A stretch of DNA of 63,865 nucleotides from Owenia fusiformis (taxonomy: Eukaryota). A program made the translations under genes and the position numbers. A model generated the notes under the pieces. The model did no database searches, was not told the origin of the DNA, and saw nothing but the letters and a program-made list of their open reading frames with translations. Positions 60,536 through 63,865 of the stretch are shown one piece after another. How positions within the stretch are numbered: the first letter of the stretch is position 1; each line of letters opens with the position of its first letter. Location: positions 46,004,001-46,067,865 of the forward strand of contig CAIIXF020000001.1 in assembly GCA_903813345.2 (NCBI GenBank), read 5' to 3'.

Positions 60536-63380
60536 TTCACTAAATGTCTCATTCTCACCTCATAATGGTATTTATGGATGTGGTCGTCTCTATCCCCCTT
60601 GACGGTTGTGACACAAGCGGAGCCTTGCTCTACATTTACGCAGGTGTCATCGGGCTTTCTCAGAGGGAGGTGAGATGTAGTAGGGGCAGCTGCTACCTTA
60701 CCTTTTCTGCTCACAGTACTGACACTAGAGGCCAGACCATGAGAAAATGGGGCGGGTATGCCTAAAAGATAAACAGATGTTCAAATTTTTGTCATACTCA
60801 GCTTTCATTTTATGTTAATTGGCCTCTATTTAATTTAATGTTTTACTATTTCTAAGTATATTTTGCTTTAATTGTTTTAAATAGCAAATATGTATTTTAA
60901 GACTTTTCAACTCAGCATTGAACTATTTTCACACATTCACTCAAGTTGGTAATATTTTATATTTATCAAATCTATTTAATCTAGCTATTTTCGATAAATA
61001 ATTGTTTGTTATAGCCTACACCAAAACCCTACAAACAATACCAATAAAAATCCCACTCCAAACAGCACTGAATACAAAGCACAAATATTATAAAGCCCTA
61101 CAAGCAAGAGTTGTACAATATCAAATAAAAACCACTCCACACATTAATACACTTAAAAGCACAATCACCAAGCAGAGTAAGGAAGGGTTAAGCGATGCTA
61201 AATATACTTATCCAAATACTGAATACTTACTTAATACTCAATACTTACTTAATACTCATTATCTAAGTTTGTACTGTACATGTACTTACCAAAGGAGAAG
61301 TTACGATTAAGTACAGTAAAACCCACGTGGAGTGAGCACTCTTAGGCCAAGAAAATAATCAAGCGTGATAGTGTTCACAAAATCAAAGCAAAAATGGTGC
61401 TAGCAGGTGAGTTGGAAGGGTTTACTTCACATACATTTTATAAAGCAGTTAATGTACGTAAATAAATAAAATAATGAGGTCCTTAGCAGTCATCGGATTA
61501 ATACCTAGTTTAAAGTAAAATTTATTAATGTGAGAACAGCTTTCAACTTTGACAATTTGGTTAAACTTTTTTCCATTTTTTCAATTCAAGCCACCTATAA
61601 TATTTTTTGATTATTTAATCAGTCGAACTGCTGTTCTAGCATAAGATAGATTTTACTGTTAAGAAACAGGTATATGCATATGTAGAAGTTCATCAAACAC
61701 TATTACATGTACTTACCCATATGAGTTTACTTTTTCCTCGCCAGCAAAATAATGTATTAAAATGAAACATCCAACAATTAATTAACATGCACATTTTATT
61801 CAAACAAATTTTTGAATCATAAAAGACCAATTTTAACTGTAAATAGAAAATCAAATTATTTTAAATGAAATGTGACATGATACATACATGCGCTTTTATT
61901 CCTTTCATAGTCACTCAGCACCTGGGAAAGTTCACTGTCTGTCTGGGGATCTGTCTCAAACAGAAGGACATCCTCGGCCTTGAAGGACTCAGAAGTTGCC
62001 GTGGAGGTTGGGGCAGGGAACTCTGAAAATATTGAAAAATTATAATTTACTATTCTTGTGGTATAATTATCTTAAATCATAATAAAATGTGAAAAGATAG
62101 ATTGATGATCTTTGTACTAAAAGTAAAGACACTATAAACATATTTACATGTACATGTTCAAAGAAATCCAAATATATAACATTCATTACTTACTGGGGGA
62201 TGGGGAGGGCTTTTTTGCTGCAACTTTCTTCACCAGGACATCCTCACATTTCTTGGGCTTGAACAGAGACTCCGAAGTTGCTGTAGAGGTTGGGGCAGGG
62301 AACTCTGAAGATATTGAAAAATTATTATTTAACACGTGAAAAGATAGATTGATAATCTATGTATTGGCATAAATTATACTAAATTCTAATATGATATGTG
62401 ACGTCACAATAGCTAGAACAATTGATTTTTTGGTCTATATTGGAGTATGTATGGCCGCTAAAATTCATAAATGCAAATAGTTGTGTTTCTTGTCTGTTTA
62501 TCATTTTAGAAGTGTAACAAAGACCTCGATTTTATGATTTATGACAAATATATGACCTCAAATTTTATTCTGGCCATTGCCATATATCACGCCATAAATC
62601 ATAAAATCTCGGTCTTAATTCCTTAAATATACTATAATCAGATTCACATATATAGATGTAGTCATGTTAAAAGAAATCCAAATATGTATGTAGCATTGAT
62701 TACTTACTGGGGGGTAAGGGGAGTTTCCTTGCAGCAACTTTCTTCACCAAGGTCTTTAGTTTCTCTTGGTGCTGGCTCTTTGTAGATGCACTCACACTCA
62801 CAGGGACACTACTGGATTTGCGTCTCATAGTGAAGTACTTCTTTGCTTGGCCAAGAGGAGATTCAGGTTTTCTGATATCCTGCCTAAGTATATACTCTAC
62901 ATAATCCTTGTGCTCGGGTAATGTACTTTCGTAAATCTCCTTCCGCGTAAGGGGAGCGAATTTACCAAATCTCAGGATATGGAAACCAGAGTCATTTGTC
63001 TCTGCCACCTTAGTCCTAGCCATATCATCCAGCTGGCGGAGTCTCACCTCATACATCACTTCTGGGAAAGATGACGCATACTGACAAAATTTGTCCTTAT
63101 TGTCCCAGAGGTGAGACACCCGCCTTTCCTTTGGCACTCCTCGCTGCTCCTCCATGATCGACTTGGTCATGGCGACAGCATATCCCATATCATTTTCGAG
63201 CAGCCAAAGAAACCTCTTGCCGAAATATTTCCCAAATTGCATTTCATAAAATGCAATACATGCACTGTCCTTGTCCGCGATGGATTTTCCATTTAGGTGG
63301 GATCGCAAACTGTCCATCGCACGCTTCCTCACAACAGTTGCCTCAGCAGCTAGATGAGACGGTCCTACAGTGGGGGGCAT
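60536..63380 (-). CDS. Probably transposon-derived multi-exon gene with two FGK[YF] motifs and low-complexity Pro/Ser exons; 3' part degenerate or unresolved; exons 63380-62708, 62304-62194, 62022-61888, 60761-60536
   Basis: The 226-aa ORF contains QFGKYFGKRFLWLLENDMGY and RFGKFAPLTRKEIYES. GT-AG phase-1 introns join three further exons in frame. Candidate exons at ~59230-59720 contain stops. TE origin is inferred from recalled similarity to repetitive uncharacterised animal proteins. Confidence 0.6.
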
Positions 63381-63599
63381 AAAGAATTACAAAACCTATG
63401 GAAATTACATGTTGTCGCATATGTAATAAATTCTTACCTCAGTGTATTCAGTGCTCTATTTTCTCCGTCATAGTAAGTCCAGATATAGTGGAATTTGTGT
63501 CCATAATGACAAATAAGAACTTAAAAATTTGATGTGGAATTCACATGTTAATGCCGACTCTTCAAATGTTGAGGTGATTTTGGAGCCAGATTACGCCGC

Positions 63600-63745
63600 A
63601 ATGTGGGTTGGCTCCCAGAATGCAACATGACACGTGTCAGCTTTCAAAATGCCATTCTGCCGTTTTGAAATACGTCACGAATAAATAAGGTTACTTGATG
63701 TTGCATTCTGGGAGTCAATCCTCCTTGGATCACAAACATGGCGAT
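63600..63745. promoter_or_regulatory. Putative promoter with an inverted pair of ZNF143/Staf-like motifs
   Basis: TTGGCTCCCAGAATGCAACAT (63608-63628) and its near-perfect inverse ATGTTGCATTCTGGGAGTCAA (63698-63718). Also CACGTG and a YY1-like AACATGGCG, all upstream of the minus-strand gene. Confidence 0.4.
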
Positions 63746-63865
63746 TCATGAAAACATTAGTCCGATTTGGTAGGGATTTATCCATCATTTGCAGGTATGA
63801 GGCTTTGGATTTATTTATTGTGCTACTTAAAGTGGATGGGAATTAGTTTTCTACCACTTGGGAGA

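Overview
AT-rich eukaryotic (animal) genomic DNA with GT-AG introns. A marine invertebrate, probably a lophotrochozoan, is inferred from gene content and repeat types. Seven gene models were built by hand, several of them missed or fragmented by the ORF track: (1) a 2-exon gene at 2343-5461 (+) with 10-aa repeats and a C-terminal RRM-like domain; (2) a 4-exon NDUFA4/NMES1(C15orf48)-family gene at 9137-17246 (-); (3) a single-exon type I membrane protein at 24118-25245 (-); (4, 5) two paralogous 8-exon secreted Cys-rich genes at 30782-37559 and 51508-58110 (+), each with seven exon-encoded modules around a CC-C-CC-C-x-CC core and only phase-2 introns; (6) between them, a 5-exon secreted IgGFc-binding-domain gene with a distinct C-terminal Cys domain at 40618-44467 (-); (7) a probably transposon-derived multi-exon gene with two FGK[YF] motifs at about 60536-63380 (-). 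There is also an orphan frameshifted Ig-like exon at 46058-46405. Non-coding DNA is dominated by non-autonomous DNA transposons: a CAC...GTG element with a 5-bp TSD and RSS-like heptamers (Transib/RAG-like), two large TAG...CTA foldback elements with 3-bp TSDs (Academ-like), Tc1/mariner-, Harbinger- and TTAA-type MITEs, and minisatellites. The best candidate for an undescribed system is the duplicated phase-2 exon-module Cys-rich protein family and the secreted-protein cluster around it.
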